Assembly (NCBI GenBank): GCA_951406725.2
Contig: OX597816.1
Span: forward strand, 172,050,001 to 172,114,000
DNA: 64,000 nucleotides
Direction of reading: 5' to 3'
DNA from: Octopus vulgaris
Lineage: Eukaryota
Made by a program: the position numbers and the translations under genes. Under the pieces are notes generated by a model, which saw only the letters and a list, made by a program, of their open reading frames with translations, ran no database searches and was not told where the DNA came from. Every line of letters starts with the position of its first letter. Position 1 is the first letter of the stretch. Below, one piece after another: positions 10,917-23,800 of this stretch.

Positions 10917-11950
10917 CTGAAATAACAACATCACAATACCATTTTTTTCAATAACAAAGTATATTTATCAATGTGTTTATTATGTTATACATACTATACA
11001 ATGTTTTAATAGAAATTAATATTATCCTTCTATTGACTAATTTTACTTGATTCTGGCCTGACATTCCATCAGTTACAGTGAAGAGGGTTCCAGTTTGATT
11101 CAGTCATTGAACAGCCTGTTTGTGAAATTAATGCACAAGTGGTTGAGCACTCCACAGACATGCGTACCCTTAATGTAGTTCTCCTGGAGGTTCAGTGTGA
11201 CACAAAATGTGACAAGGCTGGCCCTTTGAATCCCATGTACAACTCACTTTTGCCAGCTGAGTGGAGTGGAACAATGTGAAATAATGTGTCTTGCTCAAGG
11301 ACACAATGTGCCACCAGGAATCAAACTCATGGCCTTATGATTATGAGCAGAATATCCCTAACCACTAAGCCATGTGCCTTCACATTTCTTTATTTTAAAT
11401 CCCTCTCCACTCAAAGAAAAATCTATAATGTTTTCTACTACTGCTAGATGCTTTTTGTCTGCTATTAATACACTTCCATGCCATTTTAGCACCATACAAC
11501 TATGCGAGATGTTTTCTCAAGACCAATATACTACAGTTTTGTGGCTTTCTTACAGTATATCTACATTGAGCAAGATATACAGAATACTATTCTGAACCAA
11601 TACTGCTTCCATTGCTAATAAAGAATCTAATGAATAGTGCATAAGAAATTACTGATTTAAAAATACTCTCCCTTGAGTTTACATTCAGAATATGTAGAGA
11701 ATTTGTCGTGGGTTGGCAAAATCATTACAGTGTGGGATAAAATGTCTTTTGGTATTTGTTTCAGTTCTTTATGTTCTGAGCTCAACTTTGCCTTTCATAC
11801 TTCCAGGATAGATAAAGCAAAGTACAATAAAGTACTGATGTTCTGCTAACTTTGCCCCCCAACCAACAAATTTCTGGCTAAGTACCAATGTAAGCAATTG
11901 CTGTTGTCGTTATGATAATTGTCATCTGAGTTAAGTTAATTAAAATGACA

Positions 11951-12347
11951 TCTTTATATATAAAAGTGAGGTTGTGTGCTGTCTGTCTCCTATGATTTAG
12001 ATTCCTAACTACTCCCACATTTTGCGGTGCAGTTTAACTAAAAGCGGGTATCTTATAGTTGTCATTCATATCGAGCCCTTCTGGGTATTAGCGCGCATCT
12101 ACGATGAGTCTACGATTTAAAAAAAAATTTACCATCAATTTTTCCCATTTTTAATGCATTTTTGGCATATATAAGGGAAGTAACTCTCTAAAAATTTATT
12201 ATTAAATCTCAGAACGTAAAAAGCTACAGTAACACCCCCCCCTTTGTGGTTAGCCGTATTGAGATGGCTATTATACTTTACATCTCTAAAAATGCTTATA
12301 TAGTTATTTCCCTTACAAACCCGAGCAACGCCAGGCGATACTGCTAG
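11951..12347 (+). mobile_element. Non-autonomous Helitron (variant with captured segment)
   Basis: a|TCtttatatataaaag...cccgagcaacgccaggcgatactgCTAG|t. Confidence 0.85.
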
Positions 12348-12539
12348 TACAAAATATCACAAGACAAATATCGATGTTTTCCTTTTGGCAGAACATAAAC
12401 ATTTTGATGGAAGTTTGGATAAAGAAAGTGAAATAGTAAGCTTTTCTTGTGTATTTCATCACATGCTATATGATGAACTTAAAAAGAAACCCAGATGGAA
12501 GAGGCATTTAAAACTTAGCAAGAAAAGCTGAATATTTAA

Positions 12540-13115
12540 CCCTTTCGTGACCAACCCGGCTGAAACCGGCTCTGGCTCTGTTGTACAAATGTCTTGTTTT
12601 CTTAAAGTTTTAATTAAAATCTTCCACCAAACCTTAGTCACAATTTATGTTCCTAACACCAGCTTAATGATAACCAAGTTATTTTACTAAATTCTTTGTT
12701 ATATTTAAAGTAATTGAAAGAAACACAGAGCATCTCAAAATAAATACAGTAATGGCCACGAACGGATGGTGCTTTTTACGTGGCCCCCGTGCCGGTGGCA
12801 CATAAAAAGCACCATCCGATCCTGGCCGTTGCCAGCCTCGCCTGGTCCCCGTGCCTGTGGCACGTAAAAAGCACCATCCAATCGTGACCGTTTGCCAGCC
12901 TCGCCTGGCACCTGTGCAGGTGGCACGTAAAAAGCACCTACTACACTCATGGAGTGGTTGGCGTTAGGAAGGGCATCCAGCCGTAGAAACATTGCCAGAA
13001 TCAGACTGGGCCTGATGCAGCCTTCTGGCTTCCCAGACCCCAGTTGAACCATCCAACCCATGCCAGCATGGAAAGCGGATGCTAAACGATGATGATGATG
13101 ATGATAACGAAAGGG
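12540..13115 (+). mobile_element. piggyBac-like MITE (TTAA TSD) with nested retroposon
   Basis: ttaa|ccctttcg...cgaaaggg|ttaa; uninterrupted relative at 62561-62771. Confidence 0.8.
12751..13105 (+). mobile_element. Retroposon family B nested in a piggyBac-like MITE
   Basis: Family B body and (GAT)n tail just inside the right TIR of 12540-13115. Confidence 0.8.
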
Positions 13116-13644
13116 TTAAGCAAAGATCCACTGCTCTGAAACATCAACTGCTGCACTAACTTATCAAAGAATAATTACTAATTTGCCTGCTATCACCCTC
13201 AATACCCTTACATATCTACTGCCACCCCCACCCCTGAGCCTCTCCCACATTGTTTTCCAACTGGGGTACCCATGTACCTACTCTATAGCAAGGCACATAT
13301 ATCTGTCCCCTCTTTACCTTAAATCTCTCAACTGGTACAAAGCCAAACCCCTCAACATTACATTTTTGTCGTGCAAATTACTTGGTGATCTTGGTGCTGG
13401 TGCCACATGAAAAAGCATTTAACCTCACTAGAAGCTTTCAGTACATTCAGGCCTGCTCTTGTTGCCAGACTCTCCATCACCACTCAGTGGTTGGCATTAG
13501 GAAGGACATCCAGCCATAGAAACCAAGCCAAAACAGACTATGGAACCTGATGTAGCCCCTGGCTTTCCCAGTTCCTGTCAAATCATCCAACCCATGCTAG
13601 TATGGAAAATGGATGTTAAGTGGTGGTGATGATGATGATGATAG

Positions 13645-13838
13645 TTAAGTTAAGTTAAGTTAATTTTTTGGCTCAAAAAGCGAAAAGCAAGGCCATGTAG
13701 GGAGACATGGAGTTATGTACAGGGAGGGTGTTCATGCAAAGAGTTCAGGCCATTTCTGGTCAAGAGAGACTTTGAACCGAGCAGTCGTCGGCATCTTCAC
13801 TATCTCGTCCGGCAGCTTATTCCACAGATCCGCAACCC
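13645..13838 (-). mobile_element. CR1-like LINE 3' end
   Basis: VADLWNKLPDEIVKMPTTARFKVSLD followed by (taact)n tail. Confidence 0.7.
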
Positions 13839-14301
13839 ATCATGATGATGATGATGGCACTAAGAATTGTCTGCAATTGCTGAGTCTAATCAGAAAAGGT
13901 CATTTGGAAAGCCTCCTCAACAATGCAAAGACAATTCAGTTAAATGATTTAGACCAAGATGGAAAAGATGGACACAGTCAAAAAGAATTGGACGTACATT
14001 GTGACTAGCAGTGTGTAACAATGTTCAATAGTCTGGTTGATACAGTGATAGTTATATACTAAAAATTGTAAGTCACTAAATAATGGGTGTCACAGAAAAT
14101 AGCTCTAATGGCAACACAAATTAATTTGAGTGTAAAGAAATTTTGCTTGGGATAAGAAAGGCATAAGTTAAAAAAAGAAAGAAGTAATTTATGAGTGCGA
14201 CAGTTTTAAGAATACACGTTGAACAATTAGATTTAAAGACCTGTCTAACCTTATGACTACTGCACAAGAGCAAAACTGATTATATGAAATGTGTAACTCA
14301 C

Positions 14302-14456
14302 TTGTATTGACTTGACCAATCGATTTGTAAGTTCCAGCATGGCCATCGCAGTAGATGTAGTGAAAGAACTGGCTCCTCTCTGGAGACCACGCACAATCCT
14401 TCCATCTCGTCTGTACTGTTCTATTGGCAGCCAGAAGAGGTCTTTGATGCCTTGGA
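14302..14456 (-). CDS. ATG2: ATG2 coding exon
   Basis: cag|TC...CAA|gtgagt; (I)QGIKDLFWLPIEQYRRDGRIVRGLQRGASSFTTSTAMAMLELTNRLVKSIQ, a highly conserved ATG2 C-terminal amphipathic region. Confidence 0.97.
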
Positions 14457-14857
14457 CTGAAAATATTCCAGATACAAATTCACAGGAATAAAGGACAAAT
14501 TTTTTAAAAATGGGCTTTGATCAAACACATACAGAATTCTTTGTCTTAATTTTTAAGAATATTTTATACACAATTATATGAACATTTTTCAGGGGAAAAC
14601 TCTACACACCAACAAGAGAACATTTCAGTTAAAATAATACTTTAATTATAGAATTGTTTGGTTGCACAAAAACAAGCTTCTACAAAATATTAGGAAAACA
14701 AAGTCACTGCTTTCTATTAGAATTTCATTTTTTAAGAAAAAAATGAATTAAAATTCATCTAATTTAATATCTCAAAAGATAAACTAATAATTTGCATAAA
14801 CGATGCAACTGTCTTGTTGAAACAGAATCTAAATAAGTATAACATATACATATACAT

Positions 14858-15268
14858 AGGCGCAGGATTGGCCGTGTGGTAAGTAGCTTGCTAACCAACC
14901 ACATGGTTCCGGGTTCAGTCCCACTGCGTGGCATCTTGGGCAAGTGTCTTCTTCTATAGCCCCGGGCCGACCAATGCCTTGTGGGTGGATTTGGTGGACG
15001 GAGACTGAAGGAAGCCTGTCGTATATATGTATGTATATATAAGTGTGTGTGTATATGTTTGTGTGTCTGTGTTTGTCCCCCTAGCATTGCTTGACAACCG
15101 ATGCTGGTGTGTTTACGTCCCTGTCACTTAGCAGTTCGGCAAAAGAGACCGATAGAATAAGTACTGGGCTTACAAAAGAATAAATCCCGGGGTCGATTTG
15201 CTCGACTAAAGGCGGTGCTCCAGCATGGCTGCAGTCAATAGACTGAAACAAGTAAAAGAGTAAAAGAG
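14858..15268 (+). mobile_element. SINE family A flanked by a 108-bp direct repeat
   Basis: Full-length copy; 14749-14856 is repeated at 15269-15376. Confidence 0.85.
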
Positions 15269-15694
15269 TAAAATTCATCCAATTTAATATCTCAAACGAT
15301 AAACTAATAATTTGCATAAACGATGCAACTGTCTTGTTGAAACAGAATCTAAATAAGTATAACATAAACATATACACACATAATATCATCATGAACCATT
15401 AATAAGATTTTAATGTTTGTTTCCTTTTGTTGGGATGTCAAATGAATATTGGTTAACAGTGTAGCTTAGCTCAGGGGCCATTCCCAGCTGAGCAGATGTA
15501 TGACACATGTATGCATTTGATTAAACAACTAGATTAAGATTAGATGATATCCACACAACCTAGTGGAATGTCATACTATGCACCCAGACCTATAGATGTT
15601 TACCATTCGGAATGCAGTATGTATGCACGCAAGCATGTAGATGTAGTCAGGCATACGGTAGGTGAAATAAAAGTGTTTCAGAAAACAAACTTAC

Positions 15695-15816
15695 TCAATT
15701 GTACAACTGAGTGGATAGGTCCCACTCCTCCCAAGATGCGAGGTATTTGATTTTTCTTAATATCATCAAGCCAGTCAGTTAACATTGATACAAGAACACG
15801 TTGGATTCCTAGTAAG
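15695..15816 (-). CDS. ATG2: ATG2 coding exon
   Basis: cag|C...TTGA|gtaagt; LLGIQRVLVSMLTDWLDDIKKNQIPRILGGVGPIHSVVQL. Confidence 0.95.
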
Positions 15817-15849
15817 CTGTAATTATCAAGAACATTTTCTTAAAATAAT

Positions 15850-15892
<43 letters not shown>

Positions 15893-16272
15893 TAATAAAT
15901 AAAACATATGCATATATATATATACATATATGTACGTACCTACCTCTACATGTATATATACATGCATATATGAGTACAGGACACCAAAAAAACGTCGAAC
16001 ACAATGAGAAACGAAAACATAGACACAAACCAAAGGAACTGGACATTTTTCTTAAACAACAAAAAAATAGTGTACAGGACAAATAACACAAGGAAAAAAC
16101 CCCTTCTTCAGTCGCCATGGTTTCATCTACTCTACGTTTCGAAGGTGAAGGCGATATGTATATATATATCAAGAGAGAGAGAGAGAGAGAGTATGTTTCT
16201 TATGTAGATAAAATCAGTAAAAAAGAAAGGAAAACCCACTTAATTCAGTAAGAGTGAAATAGAATTTAATAA

Positions 16273-16563
16273 TGTAAAGTATAATAGCCATCTCGATTGT
16301 AGCTTTTAGCCCCAGGAGAACATCTCCTCTAGCTGGCTTTAGGCACACTTTCTGTGCCCTTATGGTATTTGGAAAGGGAGGCCATCCCTTTGCAAATACC
16401 ATAAGGGCACAGAAAGTGTACCTAAAGCCAGCTGGAGACGATGATCTCCTGGGGCTAAAAGCTACAGTAACACCCACCCTTAGTGGTTAGCCATATCGAG
16501 ATGGCTATTATACTTTACATTGTCGAGCAATTACTGTTTACATCTCGTTCTAAGATTTAATAA
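16273..16563. mobile_element. Palindromic insert with 12-bp flanking direct repeat
   Basis: Arms ~16273-16378 / ~16386-16520; agaatttaataa at 16261-16272 and 16564-16575. Confidence 0.7.
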
Positions 16564-16902
16564 AGAATTTAATAAATACAGAAGTTATGGGTGAGCTAGT
16601 TCCCGTTTCAAATCTGAAAAGTGCATGAGCTTGAATGATTGTTGGGTCATACATAATATATGCCTTGTATAAAAGCATGGCTGAATATTGCACTTCTGGA
16701 ATACAAAACCTGAAGCAGCTCAGTATAACTTCTGTATTTATTGAATGAGTATATGATTAACTGACAGATTGATAGACTGATATTCATGTGTGAGTAAAAT
16801 TTAATGTCTAATTTCAAAAGGATAAGTTTCACATTTATGCTTAAATCTGCTGATCCTCTGGTCAGGCAGTTCATTTACATTCCACTGGGTAGAACCTAGA
16901 GG

Positions 16903-17284
16903 TGGAGGCACAATGGCCCAGTGGTTAGGGCAGCGAACTCGCGGTCGTAGGATCGTGGTTTCGATTCCCAGACCGGGCGTTGTGAGTGTTTATTGAGCGA
17001 AAACACCCAAAAGCTCCATGAGGCTCCGGCAGGGGATGGTGGTGATCCCTGCTGTACTCTTTCACCACAACTTTCTCTCACTCTTACTTCCTGTTTCTGT
17101 TGTACCTGTATTTCAAAGGGCCGGCCTTGTCACTCTCTGTGTCACGCTGAATATCCCCGAGAACTACGTTAAGGGTACACATGTCTGAGGAGTGCTCAGC
17201 CACTTGCACGTTAATTTCACGAGCAGGTTGTTCCGTTGATCGGATCAACCGGAACCCTCGTCGTCATAACCAACGGAGTGCTTC
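16903..17284 (+). mobile_element. tRNA-derived SINE family C
   Basis: A-box tggcccagtgg, B-box-like ggtttcgattcc; near-identical to 31525-31905. Confidence 0.85.
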
Positions 17285-17349
17285 AAGAAGGAATGTAAAA
17301 CTGTGCAGAAACCAGTTGAATGGGCTGTATACATATATATATATATATA

Positions 17350-17576
17350 CTTTATTTAAAAGCAGCAGAAAATTCAACAAAACCTGTTACTCTGATTTGC
17401 ACGTTCCCGTTCGCCGGACAGTTTTTGCTAGAATCTGTCCGACGAACGGGAACATGCAAATCAGAGTAACAGGTTTTGTTGAATTTTCTGCTGCTTTTAA
17501 ATAAAGCATATTACTCTACCCCTGGTATTTGAGTACTCTTTTTTCCACCTTGTTTCACATTTATGTGTTTACTCCG

Positions 17577-17579
<3 letters not shown>
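17350..17579. mobile_element. Second copy of the 6768 foldback family
   Basis: Arms 17350-17421 / 17435-17507, same tail, (TA)n on both sides. Confidence 0.7.
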
Positions 17580-17625
<46 letters not shown>

Positions 17626-18000
17626 TATATTCATTTCTACACTTCATTTATTTCCTGCTTTAATACCACCGCTTGCCTTCTGAGTCCATTCTGTTGAATG
17701 CATTTCTGCCTCATCAATTGTAGCTACTTACTCTGTTTCCTCACCAGTTACGGAACCCTGAAAAAGGTTGCAGGTACTACCTTTCATCCTTTTACTAAAC
17801 TACAAGCATAGAACAAGAATCCAATAGTCTATGAAATAGCGTCTAGGTTAATGGAATCACTTACAGTTACACATTAATATAGCATAAATATATAAAGAAT
17901 ACATATTAGTGACAGAGGCAGTATCAAAACTGAGAGGTAATATTTATTCCCACTTAAACATGGATGTTCTGTTAGTAAAAGTGATGTTTTTGTTTGGTAT

Positions 18001-18350
18001 ATAATAATAATGAAATTATTGTATACAGTGCTCAGGTGCACCACAACTTGTCAGAGTATATGCAGTAATGAACAAATGTCTGGAAAGCAAACAATGCATG
18101 AGTCAGATACATGCTTGTGTGTGAATGGAGGGAAGAAAATCAGGTGTAGTGTTGGCGAATCTCAGAAAGCATGGAAGTTTTGAAGGATGCAGTGCTCCGA
18201 CAACTAACAACTGATGCCGGCAGTTTGTTCCACGCTTCATCAACTCTCAGCGTGAAAAAATGTTTCCGGAAGTCATGGGAGCTGTGCTGTTTTCTGACTT
18301 TGTAAATATGTCCACGGGTGTTAGATGGGTGGAGTTTGAAAAGGTGCTCG
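18001..18350 (-). mobile_element. CR1-like LINE 3' end (related copies 49040-49295 + and 53630-54045 +)
   Basis: KQHSSHDFRKHFFTLRVDEAWNKLPASVVSCRSTASFKTSM; shared 3' UTR and (tta)n tail. Confidence 0.75.
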
Positions 18351-19218
18351 TAGAGATAAAGAAGCAGATAAAAAAATTTATCAAAAGTTCCAGTATTTTT
18401 TGATAAGCTTCCAAGATTTTGAGATTCACTGTCACTTTGCCATTCTTCTAAGAACAGTCAATCAGATGACATGAAAGCTAAAGAAGTCCATCAGTTCTGT
18501 TTACAGGTAAACTAAGGAAAATAGAATTATAGGTGTTTTGAAAGATCATCACCAAAGCAAAAGTAATAAAAGATTCCAATGAACAGCAGGTACATTTGTC
18601 CTCAAGTCCCATTTTTCAATTCATCGTTAAGTAATTAATAACTGAATGGTTTATTCGATCACAACAGAAAACCGCTTGCTTATGACATGGACCTCTGTTG
18701 GTTTAAATGCTGAGTATTCACTTGTTTGATCTACAGAATTACCTGCCGGTTGAATTAGTATTTACCAATTTAGCATCTACTCAGTTTCGTTCATAAGGCT
18801 TGGGTCAGCCAAAGGCTATAGGAAATGACACTTGACCAAGAGGTCAAACAGTGGGATTGAACCCAGCATCTTGAGTTTGTCAAGCAAACTTCTTAGGTAT
18901 TTGGTCATGCTATGTTTTCTTTATCTAATGACTCGACAGCAAGTCACATCATATGGCTTGATTATCTGTGGGATAAAAATTTCCGGCCAAAAGTGCAAGT
19001 GAGCCAAAATGGCTCTGTTCTATGACAATTATTACAAAAATGGTAACATTCTCTAGTGATGAGAGTGTGAATCATTAGAGAAGAAATACTTTACTAAACA
19101 GACTAAGAGAAGTTTAAAGTCTGAAAATTTTTTTATATTGGTACCAAAAGGTAATACAGATTTTAATCCAATATACATATGACATTTTAAACTTGAGAGT
19201 AATGTTATCATCACTTAC

Positions 19219-19301
19219 CCATGTCTATAATTGATTGCTCGCAGATTTAGTTCTGAACAGTTCAGCTGGGCTAAACCAACCAAGAGTCCAGCAATGGTCC
19301 C
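19219..19301 (-). CDS. ATG2: ATG2 coding exon
   Basis: tag|GGG...CATGG|gtaagt; GTIAGLLVGLAQLNCSELNLRAINYRHG, like ATG2 GT.AG.LIGLAQLNCSELKL...RHG. Confidence 0.95.
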
Positions 19302-19736
19302 CTATAAGAAAAATTAATTATTCTTTTTATTGGAATTTGGTTAGGAAAGATAAAAAAGAATTGATCTACAACTAACAATTCTTGTGCTAAACTTGGTCTT
19401 AGAATAGGTTGCTGTGTGTCTGCATGTTGTAAAGGGTACCTAAAAGGGTTATTGAGAGGAAGGGCATCTGACCATAAAACACTGCTTTAAAAAAAATCTA
19501 TTGAATCTTCGTTAACAAGGGAAAAAGAATGTAAAATGATTACAATAACGATGGTGGAACATAACATTTCAAGATGAAAATTGGTAACTTAATTTATTAT
19601 TAAACTTTCAATACTGTTTCATGAGAGGAACTTGATTCAAATGAACATTAAACAGTGTTTAGTTGAAGTATTATGAAAGGATGAGCTAGACTTTAGTGCT
19701 TGCTAATTATCAAATGCAGATACATATTCTAAATTA

Positions 19737-20051
19737 TTTGCCAGCCTTGCCTGGCCCCCATGCCGGTGGCACGTAAAAGCACCATCTGCTCGTGTCCGTT
19801 GCCAGCCTCACCTGGCCCCCGTGCCGGTGGCACGTAAAAGCACCATCCGTTCGTGGCCGTTTGCCAGCTCTGTCTGGCACCTGTGCAGGTGGCACGTAAA
19901 AAGCACCCACTACACTCACGGAGTGGTTGGCGTTAGGAAGGGCATCCAGCCGTAGAAACACTGCCAGATCTGACTGGGCCTGATGAAGCCATCCAACCCA
20001 TGCTAGCATGGAAAGCGGATGCTAAATGATGATGATGATGATGATGATGAT
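19737..20051 (+). mobile_element. Retroposon family B
   Basis: 3 units, body and (GAT)n. Confidence 0.8.
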
Positions 20052-20857
20052 GTGTAGTTTAACAATAGTTTGTTAGTGATGTAGCTTAAGAATAATCAAT
20101 TAGTGAAGTAGTTGAATATGTAAATTCAACTCTTTCATTGCCATGATCATCATTTAGCGTCCATTGTCCAAGCTATCATGGGTTGGACAGTTTGACTAGG
20201 GCTAGCAAGCTGGACTGCAGTCTGATTTGATATGGTTTCTACAGCTGGATGCCATTCCTAATACCAATCACTTTGAGAGTGCAATGGGTGCTTTTATGTG
20301 CCACTGGCACGGGTGCTATTTGCATGACAGGGATTTAAGAGATTTCAGAAATGCTTCATTTTTAAGATATATGAAATATAAGTAAAAAATTTCTTACATA
20401 AAACTGGGAAGAAATTAATTTAGATAGAGGCACTCTAATGCAAGAAGTTTTGTATCAAAGAACTACAGGAAGTCTCCGGTAAGTTGATGTCAAAAAAAGC
20501 CCACTTTCTTATAAAAAGTGTATAAGACTTATTTAAGACAATTCATCCACATGATAAACAATAGGTAAATGGATGCCAACCTTTATTTTAAATTTTCGTA
20601 TTTTAAGTTGTTCAGTAATTATGGGAGACAACTGCAATTATTGAAATTCATCAGTGAAACGTGACAGCATCACAACTTTTGGCAAAAAATGAATATTTAG
20701 GTAAATAAGACATGACTGCATATTTAATAGTGTAAAAACATTCAAGGATTGTAATGATTGTGAGATGCTGAATACATGCTAAAAAGTTGGTGTGGGTCAA
20801 CATATTTCATACATTGATGTATAAGAGAGCTGATTAATATCATTTTGTTTCTTTTCC

Positions 20858-23800
20858 AGTGGCCGATGCCAGCGCCACCTCAACTGGCTTCCGTGCCGGT
20901 GGCACATAAAAAGCACCATCCGAACGTGGCCGATGCCAGCGCCGCCTCAACTGGCTTCTGTGCCGGTGGCACATAAAAAGCACCATCCGAACGTGGCCGA
21001 TGCCAGCGCCGCCTCAACTGGCTTCTGTGCCGGTGGCACATAAAAAGCACCATCCGAACGTGGCCGATGCCAGTGCCGCCTCAACTGGCTTCCGTGCCGG
21101 TGGCACATAAAAAGCACCATCCGAACGTGGCCGATGCCAGTGCTGCCTCAACTGGCTTCTGTGCCGGTGGCACATAAAAAGCACCATCCGAACGTGGCCG
21201 ATGCCAGTGCCGCCTCAACTGGCTTCCGTGCCGGTGGCACATAAAAAGCACCATCTGAACGTGGCCGATGCCAGTGCTGCCTTGACTGGCTTCCGTGCCG
21301 GTGGCACATAAAAAGCACCATCTGAACGTGGCCGATGCCAGTGCTGCCTTGACTGGCTTCCGTGCCGGTGGCACATAAAAAGCACCATCCGAACGTGGCC
21401 GATGCCAGCGCCGCCTCAACTGGCTTCCGTGCCGGTGGCACATAAAAAGCACCATCCGAACGTGGCTGATGCCAGTGCCGCCTTAACTGGCTTCCGTGCC
21501 GGTGGCACATAAAAAGCACCATCCGAACGTGGCCGATGCCAGCGCCGCCTCAACTGGCTTCCGTGCCGGTGGCACATAAAAAGCACCATCTGAACGTGGC
21601 CGATGCCAGTGCTGCCTTGACTGGCTTCCGTGCCGGTGGCACATAAAAAGCACCATCCGAACGTGGCTGATGCCAGATCCGCCTTGACTGGCTTCCGTGC
21701 CGGTGGCACATAAAAAGCACCATCCGAACGTGGCTGATGCCAGTGCCGCCTTGACTGGCTTCCGTGCCGGTGGCACATAAAAAGCACCATCTGAACGTGG
21801 CCGATGCCAGATCCGCCTTGACTGGCTTCCGTGCCGGTGGCACATAAAAAGCACCATCCGAACGTGGCTGATGCCAGTGCCGCCTTAACTGGCTTCCGTG
21901 CCGGTGGCACATAAAAAGCACCATCTGAACGTGGCCGATGCCAGATCCGTCTTGACTGGCTTCTGTGCCGGTGGCACATAAAAAGCACCATCCGAACGTG
22001 GCCGATGCCAGATCCGCCTTGACTGGCTTCCGTGCCGGTGGCACATAAAAAGCAACATCTGAACGTGGCCGATGCCAGATCCGCCTTGACTGGCTTCCGT
22101 GCCGGTGGCACATAAAAAGCACCATCTGAACGTGGCCGATGCCAGATCTGCCTTGACTGGCTTCCGTGCCGGTGGCACATAAAAAGCACCATCTGAACGT
22201 GGCCGATGCCAGATCTGCCTTGACTGGCTTCTGTGCCGGTCACACATAAAAAGCAACATCTGAACGTGGCCGATGCCAGATCCGCCTTGACTGGCTTCCG
22301 TGCCGGTGGCACATAAAAAGCACCATCTGAACGTGGCCGATGCCAGATCCGCCTTGACTGGCTTCCGTGCTGGTGGCACATAAAAAGCAACATCTGAACG
22401 TGGCCGATGCCAGATCCGCCTTGACTGGCTTCCGTGCCGGTGGCACATAAAAAGCACCATCTGAACGTGGCCGATGCCAGATCTGCCTTGACTGGCTTCC
22501 GTGCCGGTGGCACATAAAAAGCAACATCTGAACGTGGCCGATGCCAGATCTGCCTTGACTGGCTTCCGTGCCGGTGGCACATAAAAAGCACCATCCGAAC
22601 GTGGCCGATGCCAGATCCGCCTTGACTGGCTTCCGTGCCGGTGGCACATAAAAAGCAACATCTGAACGTGGCCGATGCCAGATCCGCCTTGACTGGCTTC
22701 CGTGCCGGTGGCACATAAAAAGCACCATCTGAACGTGGCCGATGCCAGATCTGCCTTGACTGGCTTCCGTGCCGGTGGCACATAAAAAGCACCATCTGAA
22801 CGTGGCCGATGCCAGATCTGCCTTGACTGGCTTCCGTGCCGGTGGCACATAAAAAGCAACATCTGAACGTGGCCGATGCCAGATCCGCCTTGACTGGCTT
22901 CCGTGCCGGTGGCACATAAAAAGCACCATCTGAACGTGGCCGATGCCAGATCCGCCTTGACTGGCTTCCGTGCCGGTGGCACATAAAAAGCACCATCTGA
23001 ACGTGGCCGATGCCAGATCCGCCTTGACTGGCTTCCGTGCCGGTGGCACATAAAAAGCACCATCCGAACGTGGCTGATGCCAGTGCCGCCTTAACTGGCT
23101 TCCGTGCCGGTGGCACATAAAAAGCACCATCTGAACGTGGCCGATGCCAGATCCGTCTTGACTGGCTTCTCGTGCCGGTGGCACATAAAAAGCACCATCC
23201 GAACGTGGCCGATGCCAGATCCGCCTTGACTGGCTTCCGTGCCGGTGGCACATAAAAAGCACCATCTGAATGTGGCCGATGCCAGATCTGCCTTGACTGG
23301 CTTCCGTGCCGGTGGCACATAAAAAGCACCATCTGAACGTGGCCGATGCCAGATCCGTCTTGACTGGCTTCCGTGCCGGTGGCACATAAAAAGCACCATC
23401 TGAACGTGGCCGATGCCAGATCCGCCTTGACTGGCTTCCGTGCCGGTGGCACATAAAAAGCACCATCTGAACGTGGCCGATGCCAGATCCGCCTTGACTG
23501 GCTTCCGTGCCGGTGGCACATAAAAAGCAACATCTGAACGTGGCCGATGCCAGATCCGCCTTGACTGGCTTCCGTGCCGGTGGCACATAAAAAGCACCAT
23601 CTGAACGTGGCCGATGCCAGATCCGCCTTGACTGGCTTCCGTGCCGGTGGCACATAAAAAGCAACCATCTGAACGTGGCCGATGCCAGATCCGCCTTGAC
23701 TGGCTTCCGTGCCGGTGGCACATAAAAAGCACCATCTGAACGTGGCTGATGCCAGATGCCGCCTTAACTGGCTTCCGTGCCGGTGGCACATAAAAAGCAC

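Noticed and set aside
15965-16160. TA-flanked insert with GAAACGTAGAGTA and CTGAAGA on the minus strand
   Set aside because: I could not fold the core halves into consistent stems; probably a truncated retroelement end
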